Shown one piece after another: positions 44,773 to 53,973 of a stretch of 64,000 nt of DNA. This DNA comes from a virus. Lineage: Duplodnaviria > Caudoviricetes. The stretch lies in the IMG/VR virus record IMGVR_UViG_3300025936_000002, positions 21,270 through 85,269 of that record. One strand, given 5' to 3'. Positions within the stretch are counted from its first letter, which is position 1; each line of letters begins with the position of its first letter. Position numbers and translations under genes: made by a program. The notes below the pieces were generated by a model. That model saw nothing but the letters and a program-made list of their open reading frames with translations, ran no database searches and was not told the origin of the DNA.

Positions 44773-44962
44773 ATGTACGATCCCGCAGCACGCGCGCCTC
44801 CTCGACAAGGTGCTGATCGCGGTAGGTCTCACTAGCGTAGCGATAGACGCACGGTCGTTCGGTGCCGTCAGGCCATACCGAGATGCGATGTACCTCGATC
44901 GGGAAGGCGGTAGGTTTGTTAGTCGCCTTTGGTTCTGCATCTACTGGATCTTCGTTCATCAC
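44711..44962 (-). CDS. hypothetical protein
   Basis: 83 aa; ATGA overlap with 44959..45726. Confidence 0.45.
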   Translation of the reverse strand: MMNEDPVDAEPKATNKPTAFPIEVHRISVWPDGTERPCVYRYASETYRDQHLVEEARVLRDRTFNERSDRRRNRSRPNPAPRR

Positions 44963-45726
44963 TGCGGGTTCCTCTCCAAAGCCTCGTCGTGTTGTTTGAC
45001 CTTGGCCCGGGCAGAGTCGAAATCAGCGTCATCATCGAAACCGGCCATCTTGAGGTGCCTGCCAGCTGTGCCGCCCTGATCTGGATCGTATAAATGCAGG
45101 GTGCCAGTCAGGCGTGCCGTTTCCAAGACGATATCGCGCAGATGCTCGTCGTCGCCTTGCTCACCAAACCGTCGAGCCTCGTCGATGGCGATTTCCATCT
45201 CGCCATACGGCAGCTTGTTCCGCTTGTAGTGCTGCCAGCGATGATGCGCGGCGAGCTCGGCCGTCTTGAACGTACCTAGGTACTCGCCGCGTCGGCCCGT
45301 CGCACGAAATCCGGCGCCGTTTGCATAGATACCGACGAATCCAGATTTCGTCTTGTCGCTGCGATGCAGCTTGGTGATATCGACGCCGGTCAGCTCTGGC
45401 GGAAGCTCATCCAAGGCGCTTCTTAGCAGCCGTTGCCAATCGGTAGAAAGCCAAGCTGCCGATCCTTCGCTTAGATTCGCCTCGAGCTGCTCAAGAAAGA
45501 TCCGGGTTGCATCCTCCCCGGTGATCTTGAGCCGAGCGGCGTAGCGCGTGATCAAACGCCACGTGTACGGTTGTAGCGTAACGCGTAGCGTTGTTGATCC
45601 ATCGGTCTCGGTTTCAACTCGTGATCGTCTACCCATTAGGTTGGATCCGCCTTGGTATGACCGGTTAGCAAAATCGGCTACCTTCAATTTGCATCTAGCA
45701 ATACAGGGATCGCCTTGATCAGTCAA
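44959..45726 (-). CDS. DNA-binding protein with an AP2-like domain
   Basis: KSGFVGIY..FRA..YLGTFKTAELAA; RHH-like N-terminal part. Confidence 0.7.
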   Translation of the reverse strand: MTDQGDPCIARCKLKVADFANRSYQGGSNLMGRRSRVETETDGSTTLRVTLQPYTWRLITRYAARLKITGEDATRIFLEQLEANLSEGSAAWLSTDWQRLLRSALDELPPELTGVDITKLHRSDKTKSGFVGIYANGAGFRATGRRGEYLGTFKTAELAAHHRWQHYKRNKLPYGEMEIAIDEARRFGEQGDDEHLRDIVLETARLTGTLHLYDPDQGGTAGRHLKMAGFDDDADFDSARAKVKQHDEALERNPQ

Positions 45727-45729
45727 GCC

Positions 45730-46065
45730 TCAACCAAAATAGGGCACCGAAGGCTGATCGCTAGAAACGTTTTGTGGGGGTCCAAAATTAACTAAGAGGT
45801 CTGACCAAATCCGGCCCCTACATTGCCCGACCACCATGAAGAGGCCTCAACCATCAGTACGAACATTCTTCGTAGCCGTCGAAACAAAATACATCCGGTA
45901 ACTTAGTTGAATACTAGGTATATGATACGACCCCCTTTAAGTTTCCCCTATTATTTTTGATCGGAGTCGTTGTAAAAGGGGGTTATAAGGGGGAGTTACA
46001 AAGACTTCAGTATAAAAGTTTAGGCCGATCTGAGCGAGCTGATCGTCCCAGTCAATTGTACGCCA
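45730..46065. other. AT-rich non-coding region (candidate origin/control region)
   Basis: 33-40% GC in sampled lines 45901-46020; cccccttt/aaaggggg inverted pair. Confidence 0.4.
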
Positions 46066-46067
46066 CA

Positions 46068-46592
46068 CTACCGAATCGATAGTACAGCCGACAGCGCGCC
46101 GAAGGCTCCGCTACAGCCGAACGTGTGCGCCTTCACAGAAGCCGCATAAACCACATTGGTGCATACGAACGCCTCATCCGGGTCCGCTGGATAGTCGTCA
46201 TCGAGCACGACGATCGATACCGCGATCCCTGAAGCAACTAGCTGAATTTCAATCGTTTCTGTGAAGGCAGCCGTGAATCGATTCGGAACAAACGCCGTTA
46301 GCGGCGCCAGGTTCGAGCGCGCAAGGTAGAGGTCTGGGGCTCCGCCGAAGGCGTCCCAGTCGTCGCCGTTCGGTTGCGCGTTCGGGACGGTCACCCGCAA
46401 GCCCGTCAGAACGAACACCCGTGGGAAGGCCGGCTCACAGCGATTCTCGATGCACAGGCTCTCCCCTGCGCACGTATCGTTGCTCGACGAGCACGATGGG
46501 AGACCCGCGTCGATCCCCGCGTCTAGGCCATCCTGACGAGCCTCGGCGCAAGCCGTAGTTAAGGCAACCAACACCAAAAATTTCGTAAGCAT
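46068..46592 (-). CDS. lipoprotein of myxobacterial style
   Basis: Signal peptide with lipobox LTTA-C; DAGIDAG linker; Cys-rich module; WDAFGGAPDLY; SD AAGGAGG. Confidence 0.75.
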   Translation of the reverse strand: MLTKFLVLVALTTACAEARQDGLDAGIDAGLPSCSSSNDTCAGESLCIENRCEPAFPRVFVLTGLRVTVPNAQPNGDDWDAFGGAPDLYLARSNLAPLTAFVPNRFTAAFTETIEIQLVASGIAVSIVVLDDDYPADPDEAFVCTNVVYAASVKAHTFGCSGAFGALSAVLSIR

Positions 46593-46671
46593 CTGAATCC
46601 TCCTTGGCGCCTAGATTGGCTCGAGAAGTGGATCCAGATCAACGTGCGGATATGCTCTTACCGTAATTTGC

Positions 46672-47316
46672 CTAGAGTAGAGCGTTGATCATTCGATCCT
46701 GCGCGGTCGCCTTGTCTTCAACGTCGTGACCTTGATCGTTGCGCGTCTGGGAGATGTCAGACCGGCGACCCTTCTGCGGTTGCGCGAGCACTTCGTGACC
46801 GTGCTTGATGCGGTAACGGATGGTTTCGAGGTGGCATCCGGTCATATCCGCGATCTCCGCCATGGTCATAAGCACGCCGTGAACGTCGACTGCTGTCATC
46901 TGGTGGCGTTGACGCTTCAGCTTTAGCCCCGATGCTCGGGCTCGATTCCGGAGACCCCGCAGTTTGGGCACCGAGATCCCAAGCCGCTCCGCGGCGTCTT
47001 CGACGGTGCGCGAGCTGTTCCACGCATCCGCGACGCTTGCGAGGCTGATCGAGGTGCGCTGCGTTGATATGTACCGCGCTTTGCACGCGGCCCCACAGGT
47101 CGCACGCTTCTTCCAGTTGGTCATACCCTCGTTGGACCGGCGATCAAACAGCTGCTGGCAGATCGGGCATCGCTTCGGCGGCGGCTCTGTACGCTTCGCC
47201 GCTCGCCGTACAGCGCGGTAACAGTCGCCGCCGCAGGTCATGCGAGTACGGAACTGCCATGACGTTTCGGTGTCGCGTCTTTGGATGGCGGCGTCGCAGG
47301 CGAGGCAGCGTCTCAC
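46672..47316 (-). CDS. Zn-finger plus HTH DNA-binding protein
   Basis: CLAC..CGGDC; CPIC..CGAAC; TVEDAAERLGIS; MAEIADMTGC. Confidence 0.75.
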   Translation of the reverse strand: MRRCLACDAAIQRRDTETSWQFRTRMTCGGDCYRAVRRAAKRTEPPPKRCPICQQLFDRRSNEGMTNWKKRATCGAACKARYISTQRTSISLASVADAWNSSRTVEDAAERLGISVPKLRGLRNRARASGLKLKRQRHQMTAVDVHGVLMTMAEIADMTGCHLETIRYRIKHGHEVLAQPQKGRRSDISQTRNDQGHDVEDKATAQDRMINALL

Positions 47317-48821
47317 GCGCGGATCCCCTCCATCACCTTCTCAACCCACTCGGCCGGCGCGCCCTTCTTTGCCGCCACCGCTTCTACGCGGCCACGGAGC
47401 GCCAGGTACTCCGCGCGCGTTGCCTCCTCAAGTGTCGCCTCAACCTCCTCGCGATCCTTCCGCGCGCGCTCGATCGGGTACTCGAAGCCGCATTCCGGGC
47501 ACACCGTCGCGGCCAGCGGAATCTTCTCGAAGCAGCCCTCGCACTGCTTCCATAGTCGGTCGGCGCCGCGCTTCCTTCCATCCAGGCTCCACTCTACGTC
47601 ATCGCCTGGCCACACGCCGAAGCGTGGCGCGTTGTTGCCGTGGTCTAGCACGATCGGGCGTGGGCCGTTACGCCATCGCATGCCACGACCGACGACCTGC
47701 AAGTATCTCGTCAGGCTGCGAAACGGGCGGGCCAGAATGACGGCGCCAAGCGACGGGAGATCCCAACCTTCGCCGAGCACGTCGTAGTTGCAGACGACTT
47801 CGATCGTACCGCACGTGAGCCCGGCCAAGATGGTCTCGCGCTCGTCAGGTGCGGTGTTGCCGTCGAGGTGCGCCGCCATGAAACCCCGACGGTTAAACAC
47901 CTTGGCGAGCTTTCGCGAATGCTCGACGCTACCAGCGAAAACGACTTTGCTGCACCCGGGCGCGAGTCGCATCGACTCGGAGACCACGTTGCCGAGGAGC
48001 AGGCTGCTATCGACGATGCGCGCCAAGTCGCTCGGGCTGTATTCACCTCCGCTGACGCGCGCGCCTCGCAGCCGCTCGGTCAACTCTGCTACCACGTCCG
48101 CTCGTGCGCCGAACCACCGGGGGATCGACAGGTGTCGCGCTGTCTGCAGTTCGCTCGGCTGCGCGATGATATACATCTCCTCGAAGAAGTCCCCCAACGG
48201 CCTTCCGTCCGCGCGTACGGCGGTGGCGGTCAAGCCGAGTACGCTGGCCTTGGGATACGCCCGTGCGATGGCCTGGTAGCTGTCGGCAAGCACCCGATGC
48301 GCCTCATCGAAAATAATCAGATCTACGTCGGTCGGTCCTCCTCTTCTGGCGAGGGTCTGGACACTGGCGACTTGAACTCGGGCGTTCGGGTTCACGCGGC
48401 TTACGCGTCCAGTTCGGCGACTCAGCGCCTCGTCCTGCGCCATGACGACGCCTGCTTCGATTCCGTGCTCGGCGAGCGTCTTCCACGCCTGATCCGCCAG
48501 CTCGTAGCGGTGAACCACGAATAATATACGCCAGTTGGACTCGGCTTCCGCGAGCATGGCCGCGATCACCGTCTTGCCGCACCCAGTCGGCCCAACCGCA
48601 AGCACCCGCCCGTATCCCTGAAGCCGCGGCTGCAGCTCGCGTATAGCCTTGATCTCGTACTCGCGAGGCTTGAAGCGCGTCCGCTGGAGCGACGCCGGTT
48701 TCGGTGGTACCCCTTCGGACTCGGGTGCCTCGTCCTCGATTTCGGCGTCGATAGTACGCCTAGCTTCCCGCGTCCGCGCGCAGATCGCCTTCCATTTTGG
48801 CTCGTTGACGCGCTTTGCCAT
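47313..48821 (-). CDS. superfamily 2 helicase (DEAH, RadD/YejH-like) with a C-terminal Zn ribbon
   Basis: GPTGCGKT, FDEAH, GLTAT, EGWDLP, QVVGRGMR, CEGC..CPECG. Confidence 0.95.
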   Translation of the reverse strand: MAKRVNEPKWKAICARTREARRTIDAEIEDEAPESEGVPPKPASLQRTRFKPREYEIKAIRELQPRLQGYGRVLAVGPTGCGKTVIAAMLAEAESNWRILFVVHRYELADQAWKTLAEHGIEAGVVMAQDEALSRRTGRVSRVNPNARVQVASVQTLARRGGPTDVDLIIFDEAHRVLADSYQAIARAYPKASVLGLTATAVRADGRPLGDFFEEMYIIAQPSELQTARHLSIPRWFGARADVVAELTERLRGARVSGGEYSPSDLARIVDSSLLLGNVVSESMRLAPGCSKVVFAGSVEHSRKLAKVFNRRGFMAAHLDGNTAPDERETILAGLTCGTIEVVCNYDVLGEGWDLPSLGAVILARPFRSLTRYLQVVGRGMRWRNGPRPIVLDHGNNAPRFGVWPGDDVEWSLDGRKRGADRLWKQCEGCFEKIPLAATVCPECGFEYPIERARKDREEVEATLEEATRAEYLALRGRVEAVAAKKGAPAEWVEKVMEGIRA

Positions 48822-48830
48822 CTAGAGATC

Positions 48831-49328
48831 TCACCGCCGAAGCCCGGTACGCGGCTTCGGCTCGTTGATCAAGCCACCCAAGAACGAGATTGCTTCTTCG
48901 ATTTGAAGGCGCGCGGCAGCCTTTAGGCTAGTGGCGTCGATCGTGTCTGGTGGTACCCAGGGCCACGCCCATATGCCAATCCCAGGCCCATAGAACGTAA
49001 CGAGGATCGCCTCATCGGCAAGCCTGAAGTCGATCGACACCTCCCGACTCTCGATCCTACCTTGAGCCAGCCATCTCAGCCTAAGAGAAATTTTCGACCC
49101 CACCACATTCCACAAAACGTCGTGATCGCGATGAGCAAAGGCGTCGGCCGCTGAGGCGAGCCACATGTGAAGCGCGGCAAACGCGATGTGCTTCGCGACT
49201 TGCCCGAGTCGTAGCTCGCCGTCGGATCCTGCTGAGGCGAACGTCATCCCAGACGAAATGACCTGCAGGATTTCGGTGGCGTCGTTCTTGAGCGTCATGG
49301 GATCCATCCTACTTGGTCGATCTGCCAC
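48831..49328 (-). CDS. hypothetical protein
   Basis: 165-aa ORF. Confidence 0.55.
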   Translation of the reverse strand: MADRPSRMDPMTLKNDATEILQVISSGMTFASAGSDGELRLGQVAKHIAFAALHMWLASAADAFAHRDHDVLWNVVGSKISLRLRWLAQGRIESREVSIDFRLADEAILVTFYGPGIGIWAWPWVPPDTIDATSLKAAARLQIEEAISFLGGLINEPKPRTGLRR

Positions 49329-49535
49329 TTCCGGGGGAACGGGGACTCACGTCGCCACGGAGCTGTCGCGGTCGAGTCGACTGCTGATCTTTGATGGCGG
49401 GTTAGCCGCTCGCCCTCGACGGTCTCGACGACACATATCCAGATCGGAGAGACAGATGCATTTCGTCAAGGAGACGTCACGCCTTGCGCTTGGATCAGCA
49501 GCCGACTCCACCGTCACAGCCGTAGCCGATCGAGT

Positions 49536-49985
49536 TCATGTTGGGTCCTCTAGCTCTACGAGACCGTACCTCAACGCAAAGCGCGTTAGATCTGCGTTGT
49601 TACGCAGACCTAGCCGCTTTAAGATGTGGGCGCGATGGGTGTCTATGGTCTTGACGCTAATCCCCAACTGCTCGGCAATTTCACTGTTTTTCTTGCCCAT
49701 CACGAGCTCGGACATCACCTGCCGCTCGCGAGTAGTCAACGTCATTACAGGATGCGTGGGATCGTCGGGGCCGGGTTCCGCCAACGTCGGATCGTCGAGT
49801 TTGATGTGGTCAATGCTGAGCCGAGCTACGGCCTCGCGGATGAGCCGCGAGCGGTTCGACCGAAACCAACCACGTCGCTTCAGCTCCTCGACCTTTTGAT
49901 CTAAATCTTCGAGATCCTTTACATAGATCGAGACACAGATAACCTTGTAGTTTTTGGTTTCCGGATCAGCAGCATCGTTTGACAT
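49536..49985 (-). CDS. RHH plus LuxR-HTH fusion regulator
   Basis: ICVSIY..DL..LDQKV..LKRRG..NRSRLIR; LTTRERQV..GKKNSEIAEQLGISVKTIDTHR; TGGTAAGTT 7 nt upstream. Confidence 0.85.
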   Translation of the reverse strand: MSNDAADPETKNYKVICVSIYVKDLEDLDQKVEELKRRGWFRSNRSRLIREAVARLSIDHIKLDDPTLAEPGPDDPTHPVMTLTTRERQVMSELVMGKKNSEIAEQLGISVKTIDTHRAHILKRLGLRNNADLTRFALRYGLVELEDPT

Positions 49986-50019
49986 GCTGCATAACTTACC
50001 ACATATCGCTTAGTAAATT

Positions 50020-50829
50020 CTAGTGCCTCGCGATCGTTCCGCCGCCAATCAAACCAAGTCCGACAGCCCCTAGCATCCAGCCGTTGCGCCACCAACGCTT
50101 AGGGGGCGGCGGGGGCGTCGATGCTAATGCAATCTGCCCATTTGGCAACTTTTCGCCAGTCGGAAACGATGGCCACATGGCCTTGGTTGATGCCTCCATT
50201 GCAAGTACCGATACTACGCGTTTCAAGGCTTCGGCGTTCAAGGCTAACAACCCTCGTCGAGTTGTGGCATCCCAATTAGAATTGGCGATCCTGATACTAA
50301 TTTTGTCAAACGTCTTTTGATCCATCAGCGGTTTGTACCAAGATGCCGGTAGTGCAACATCAATAACGATTCTGAGCATCCCCGCCAACACTTCAGGGGC
50401 TAGCGGAACCTCAATGTTGTAGCCGCCCATGTCAACCACACGTGGTGGGCTAAACAAGGTCGCCAGAAAGTAAGCGCGGCCCCCGGCCTCGGAGCCTAGC
50501 CACTCTGTGATCCCACTCGGCCAAGCCGGCCACCACCATCCGCCGGTAGCGGCCTTGTAGATTCCGTCGATGAGTTCTTGTTGTAGGCTCGCTCGGACGT
50601 AGCGGCTATCGACGAGCGAAGGTGGAGACAACGTCTTCTCGAGAATAGAACTCTGCGCGAAGATCGCACGCGCCTCTTTGTAGTGCGCGGCGTCGAACAC
50701 CAGTTCTCGCATCGCGAGGCCGAACGTCCCGTCGAAATCCAACTTGGTTCGCTGCACCTCCGGGCCAAATTCTCCGCCGGAGAAGAAGTACCGATCGAGG
50801 ATGTCGATGTTCTCGGAGACGGTTGCCAT
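50020..50829 (-). CDS. tail-anchored protein
   Basis: Poly-Pro, KRWWR, then a C-terminal TM; TGGTATGCT 7 nt before ATG 50829. Confidence 0.75.
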   Translation of the reverse strand: MATVSENIDILDRYFFSGGEFGPEVQRTKLDFDGTFGLAMRELVFDAAHYKEARAIFAQSSILEKTLSPPSLVDSRYVRASLQQELIDGIYKAATGGWWWPAWPSGITEWLGSEAGGRAYFLATLFSPPRVVDMGGYNIEVPLAPEVLAGMLRIVIDVALPASWYKPLMDQKTFDKISIRIANSNWDATTRRGLLALNAEALKRVVSVLAMEASTKAMWPSFPTGEKLPNGQIALASTPPPPPKRWWRNGWMLGAVGLGLIGGGTIARH

Positions 50830-51003
50830 GCGGCGGAGCATACCATCCAAACCTCGAAAGGTGCGGTTTAGCGCGTCCCGCTCCGTTGCCCTCTTTAGCG
50901 CTACCGGCTGTTATTTGTCGCCATATCTTGGCTGGCCGTGGATGACGAACACGGCCAAAGCCGACGACGCCGCCGAGGGACCGAAACTATTGTCTCAAAG
51001 GAA

Positions 51004-51804
51004 TCATCTTCTACGTAACCCAGCCAAGAAGGCGTCGACCGTCTTGAGGAGGCGATAATACGTCGTCGTATGGCTAGGAATCAACACCTTGGATGGGTTT
51101 GGGGAATGGTCGATGATCTCCAATATCAACGGTCCGGGGTATTCGACACCCATAGAAGGCGTCAATTCGATCGCGAATCCACGATCGCTGAGCTGCGCAG
51201 CTAAGGTAGCCAAGCTGTCACCTGCATCTTTTCGCCAAGCATTTTGGTCGACGATCTCCGCGTCCTTAACTACATATATATTGACGCCTGCTTTAGCTGC
51301 CACGGCCGGAAGTGCAGTCTCCACCCCAAAAATAGTTGCACCGTAGGCTCCGCCTAAAGCCGGCGGCGACCGTGTCGATCCAGTTATAAGGTAGAAGGCA
51401 TCTTCATCGGTTTCTAGCTCTATACCCATAGCAGTGAAGATCGATTGCCTGGTATCACCGCTAGAGATCAACGTAATGCGCCGCTCGACGGCATAGCCGA
51501 ATTCGAGCCAAGCTCCGCGAGCCGCCTTGTCTGCCGGCGGCACCAGGAGCCACAGCACATCTGCCGATGCCACCTCGGCGAGATCGGTCGTCGACCAATC
51601 AGCTCGTTGGACCTTGGTTGCATCTTGTGGATTGCCGGACCCGACCTTTTCGACCACCTCGATCCAAGTCGAGACCACCTCGACGCCGGCGGAGACCAAC
51701 GCATCCCTCCAGCGCTTGGCGCGCTCGATGTCTTGCGTCGATCCTGCAAGATAGACCTTGAGAGCGCTAGATCGAGGAGAGGATACGCCAATCGGAGAAG
51801 CCAT
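51004..51804 (-). CDS. nucleoside 2-deoxyribosyltransferase-like protein with a C-terminal extension
   Basis: KVYLAGS...DLAEVASADVLWLL...GAWLEFGYA. Confidence 0.8.
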   Translation of the reverse strand: MASPIGVSSPRSSALKVYLAGSTQDIERAKRWRDALVSAGVEVVSTWIEVVEKVGSGNPQDATKVQRADWSTTDLAEVASADVLWLLVPPADKAARGAWLEFGYAVERRITLISSGDTRQSIFTAMGIELETDEDAFYLITGSTRSPPALGGAYGATIFGVETALPAVAAKAGVNIYVVKDAEIVDQNAWRKDAGDSLATLAAQLSDRGFAIELTPSMGVEYPGPLILEIIDHSPNPSKVLIPSHTTTYYRLLKTVDAFLAGLRRR

Positions 51805-53116
51805 CGTTCACGAGCGTAACAGCTCCGCCTGCCAAGACCGGTACAGCCGCTGCAGCTCCGTTGATCGTGTCGCCTACGTTGGGAGCTACAGTCAATCCTA
51901 CCGAGCCTGAGACCTCGACGATGGAGATCAAGCTCCCCGGGTTGAAGTTCTCGGAGGTGTTAGCGGTGCTGAGGGGCGGCAAGGTTACCGCGAACGCCCC
52001 ACCAGAGGCGTCACATCGAGCCAGGGCACCGTATTCCAAGACGGTTCCAGAAGTGATCGGAGCGCCACCAAACGGGAACGGACGCAGCACCGAGCTATCC
52101 GTCCAACCTGAAGCGCTGACTGCCAGTGTCCCCAGGAAGTTTGGGTACACCGATGCCAAGGTGGCCCCAGATGCTTGGCGCCCAAGTTGGATGAACGATC
52201 CGGCAACGCCACTCCAAGCGCCGCCACCGATTTTAGATCCGGCACCGATCCCAGTAGCGAAGATGGTTCCGGCCGCTGGAAGATCTACCACAGCCCCAAT
52301 AGTGCCGATGATGTCAGCTAGAAGCACGCCCATCGCGCCAATGGCACCCGGCACGATGCGCCACATCGGCGCCAAACCGTTGTTCTCGAGGATTGCCCCG
52401 ATCGACACGCGGATGATCTCACCGTTCGTCGGCGCTGTGCCGAGGGTAGAATCCATCGGCGTGGTGTTATTGAGGTTGACGAGATGGAGCGCCTGGATGT
52501 TGCGGAGGTTCGCGAACGTCGCGCCATCCGAGACATCTAGCCGATTCACGAAAGCACTGATCTGCGGCACCTGGTAGTTGCCGATCAGGAACACATTGGC
52601 GAAGTCGTATGGCCCGCCAGGCGGCACAACCGCAGGGAGCGGAAACACCAACGAGTTATCGACGGCAACCGTGAAGCAGCCGCCGGGTCCGCTGACCGCT
52701 TTGAGCGCATTGAGCTGCGCCATCAAATCCGGCCACGAATCGAACGTGACAGGTCCGGCCATGCCTGATCCAGGCATATAAACCAAGCACGTCGAACCAA
52801 GGTTGCTGCTACCGCCGGGGCCCGAGGTCCCAGGCTCCAGGAGAAACGGAACCAAGCCCGCTAGCTGCCCTGGCAGCGGCAACGCCGACTCGATGGTGTG
52901 CCAATGCTCGACGTAGACATCAACGTCTTGGGGGCCACCGCTCAGCCTCGTCACCGTTACGTTGAGCGTGTCTGCCGCCGTCGAGATGCCGCCTTCACGT
53001 GGAATCACGATCTGTGGAAGCACCGGGACTTGGTTGACGTTGAGGAGATGCGGTAGCACCGTCGGTATACCAACCGCGAGGTTGGTGAATCGCAGGATGT
53101 TCTTGAGGATGTTCAT
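51767..53116 (-). CDS. fibre/spike-like beta-rich protein
   Basis: 449 aa, G/A/S/T-rich beta pattern; C-terminal CDASGGAFAVTLPP..DTING..DWRI module; TGATAAGGT upstream. Confidence 0.7.
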   Translation of the reverse strand: MNILKNILRFTNLAVGIPTVLPHLLNVNQVPVLPQIVIPREGGISTAADTLNVTVTRLSGGPQDVDVYVEHWHTIESALPLPGQLAGLVPFLLEPGTSGPGGSSNLGSTCLVYMPGSGMAGPVTFDSWPDLMAQLNALKAVSGPGGCFTVAVDNSLVFPLPAVVPPGGPYDFANVFLIGNYQVPQISAFVNRLDVSDGATFANLRNIQALHLVNLNNTTPMDSTLGTAPTNGEIIRVSIGAILENNGLAPMWRIVPGAIGAMGVLLADIIGTIGAVVDLPAAGTIFATGIGAGSKIGGGAWSGVAGSFIQLGRQASGATLASVYPNFLGTLAVSASGWTDSSVLRPFPFGGAPITSGTVLEYGALARCDASGGAFAVTLPPLSTANTSENFNPGSLISIVEVSGSVGLTVAPNVGDTINGAAAAVPVLAGGAVTLVNDGFSDWRILSSI

Positions 53117-53135
53117 GGTCCTACCTAGGACCTTA

Positions 53136-53546
53136 TCATGTTGGTGGCTCTCCCCCGAATTTGCCGTTTGGGAACGTAGTATCGAGCCACTGTGCGACGA
53201 GATCGAAGATGGAGGTGCAGGAGTGGAACTGGCGATCCCCTGTGAACCCGGCCGGCCCGAAGGAGTTGTGCCTGAGCTTGGCCGTGAACGTCGCGAGCGG
53301 CACCCCGTATTGCAAGCCGATCGAAATCATCGTAGCTACCGTATCGAGCGAGCCCGCGAGGAGCCCCGACAACTGATCGTTCTTGCGATTAGAGTAGATG
53401 AAGATTTCGGCTAGGCGATTGTCGTCGTACAGCCCGGCGATTACATAGAACCCAAATCGCTGGGGCATTTTTTCTTCATCGATATACGGAACTGAGAAGC
53501 TCCGCGTGATCGATGGCCGCTCGACAGGCAATCGCTCTCGGTTCAT
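53136..53546 (-). CDS. stand-alone TSCPD domain (class II ribonucleotide reductase C-terminal/NrdJb-like)
   Basis: RERLP.ERPSIT...LAEIFI...ISIGLQYGVPL...SCTSIFD. Confidence 0.8.
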   Translation of the reverse strand: MNRERLPVERPSITRSFSVPYIDEEKMPQRFGFYVIAGLYDDNRLAEIFIYSNRKNDQLSGLLAGSLDTVATMISIGLQYGVPLATFTAKLRHNSFGPAGFTGDRQFHSCTSIFDLVAQWLDTTFPNGKFGGEPPT

Positions 53547-53688
53547 TTTTGTTTTCTCAAAAGGTCTAACAGGCGTAGATACACCTGTATAGCCTTATCG
53601 AGCGATTCTATTGCTTGTTAATGCGCTGCCTTGCTGTGCTCAGCTTGGCGTAGAGCCGCCTCTACGTAGGCATAGTCGTTAGGTTTGG

Positions 53689-53973
53689 TCATGGTTGTTG
53701 GCGCCGTGGGTGGAGCTTGATAAGATCGTAGCCCTCTTGAGTCGTCTTGCCTTGCAGCTTGGCAAAATCTTCGTCGGAGATGTCGTTGGCTACGATCGGC
53801 CGCTCATCGCGCCACTGAGGCTTTAGGGGGCTCGCCTTGAGCTCAAGGGCTTTGGAGTGGGTAGCACTCAGCTCGCCGCTCTTGATGAGATCTAGAATCG
53901 CTTCTATTGCAGCGGATTCTGTCTCAGCAAAGCAGGGGATGTCCCACGTGATAATCACGTTGAAGATCTTCAT
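53689..53973 (-). CDS. hypothetical protein
   Basis: About 94-aa ORF. Confidence 0.55.
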   Translation of the reverse strand: MKIFNVIITWDIPCFAETESAAIEAILDLIKSGELSATHSKALELKASPLKPQWRDERPIVANDISDEDFAKLQGKTTQEGYDLIKLHPRRQQP

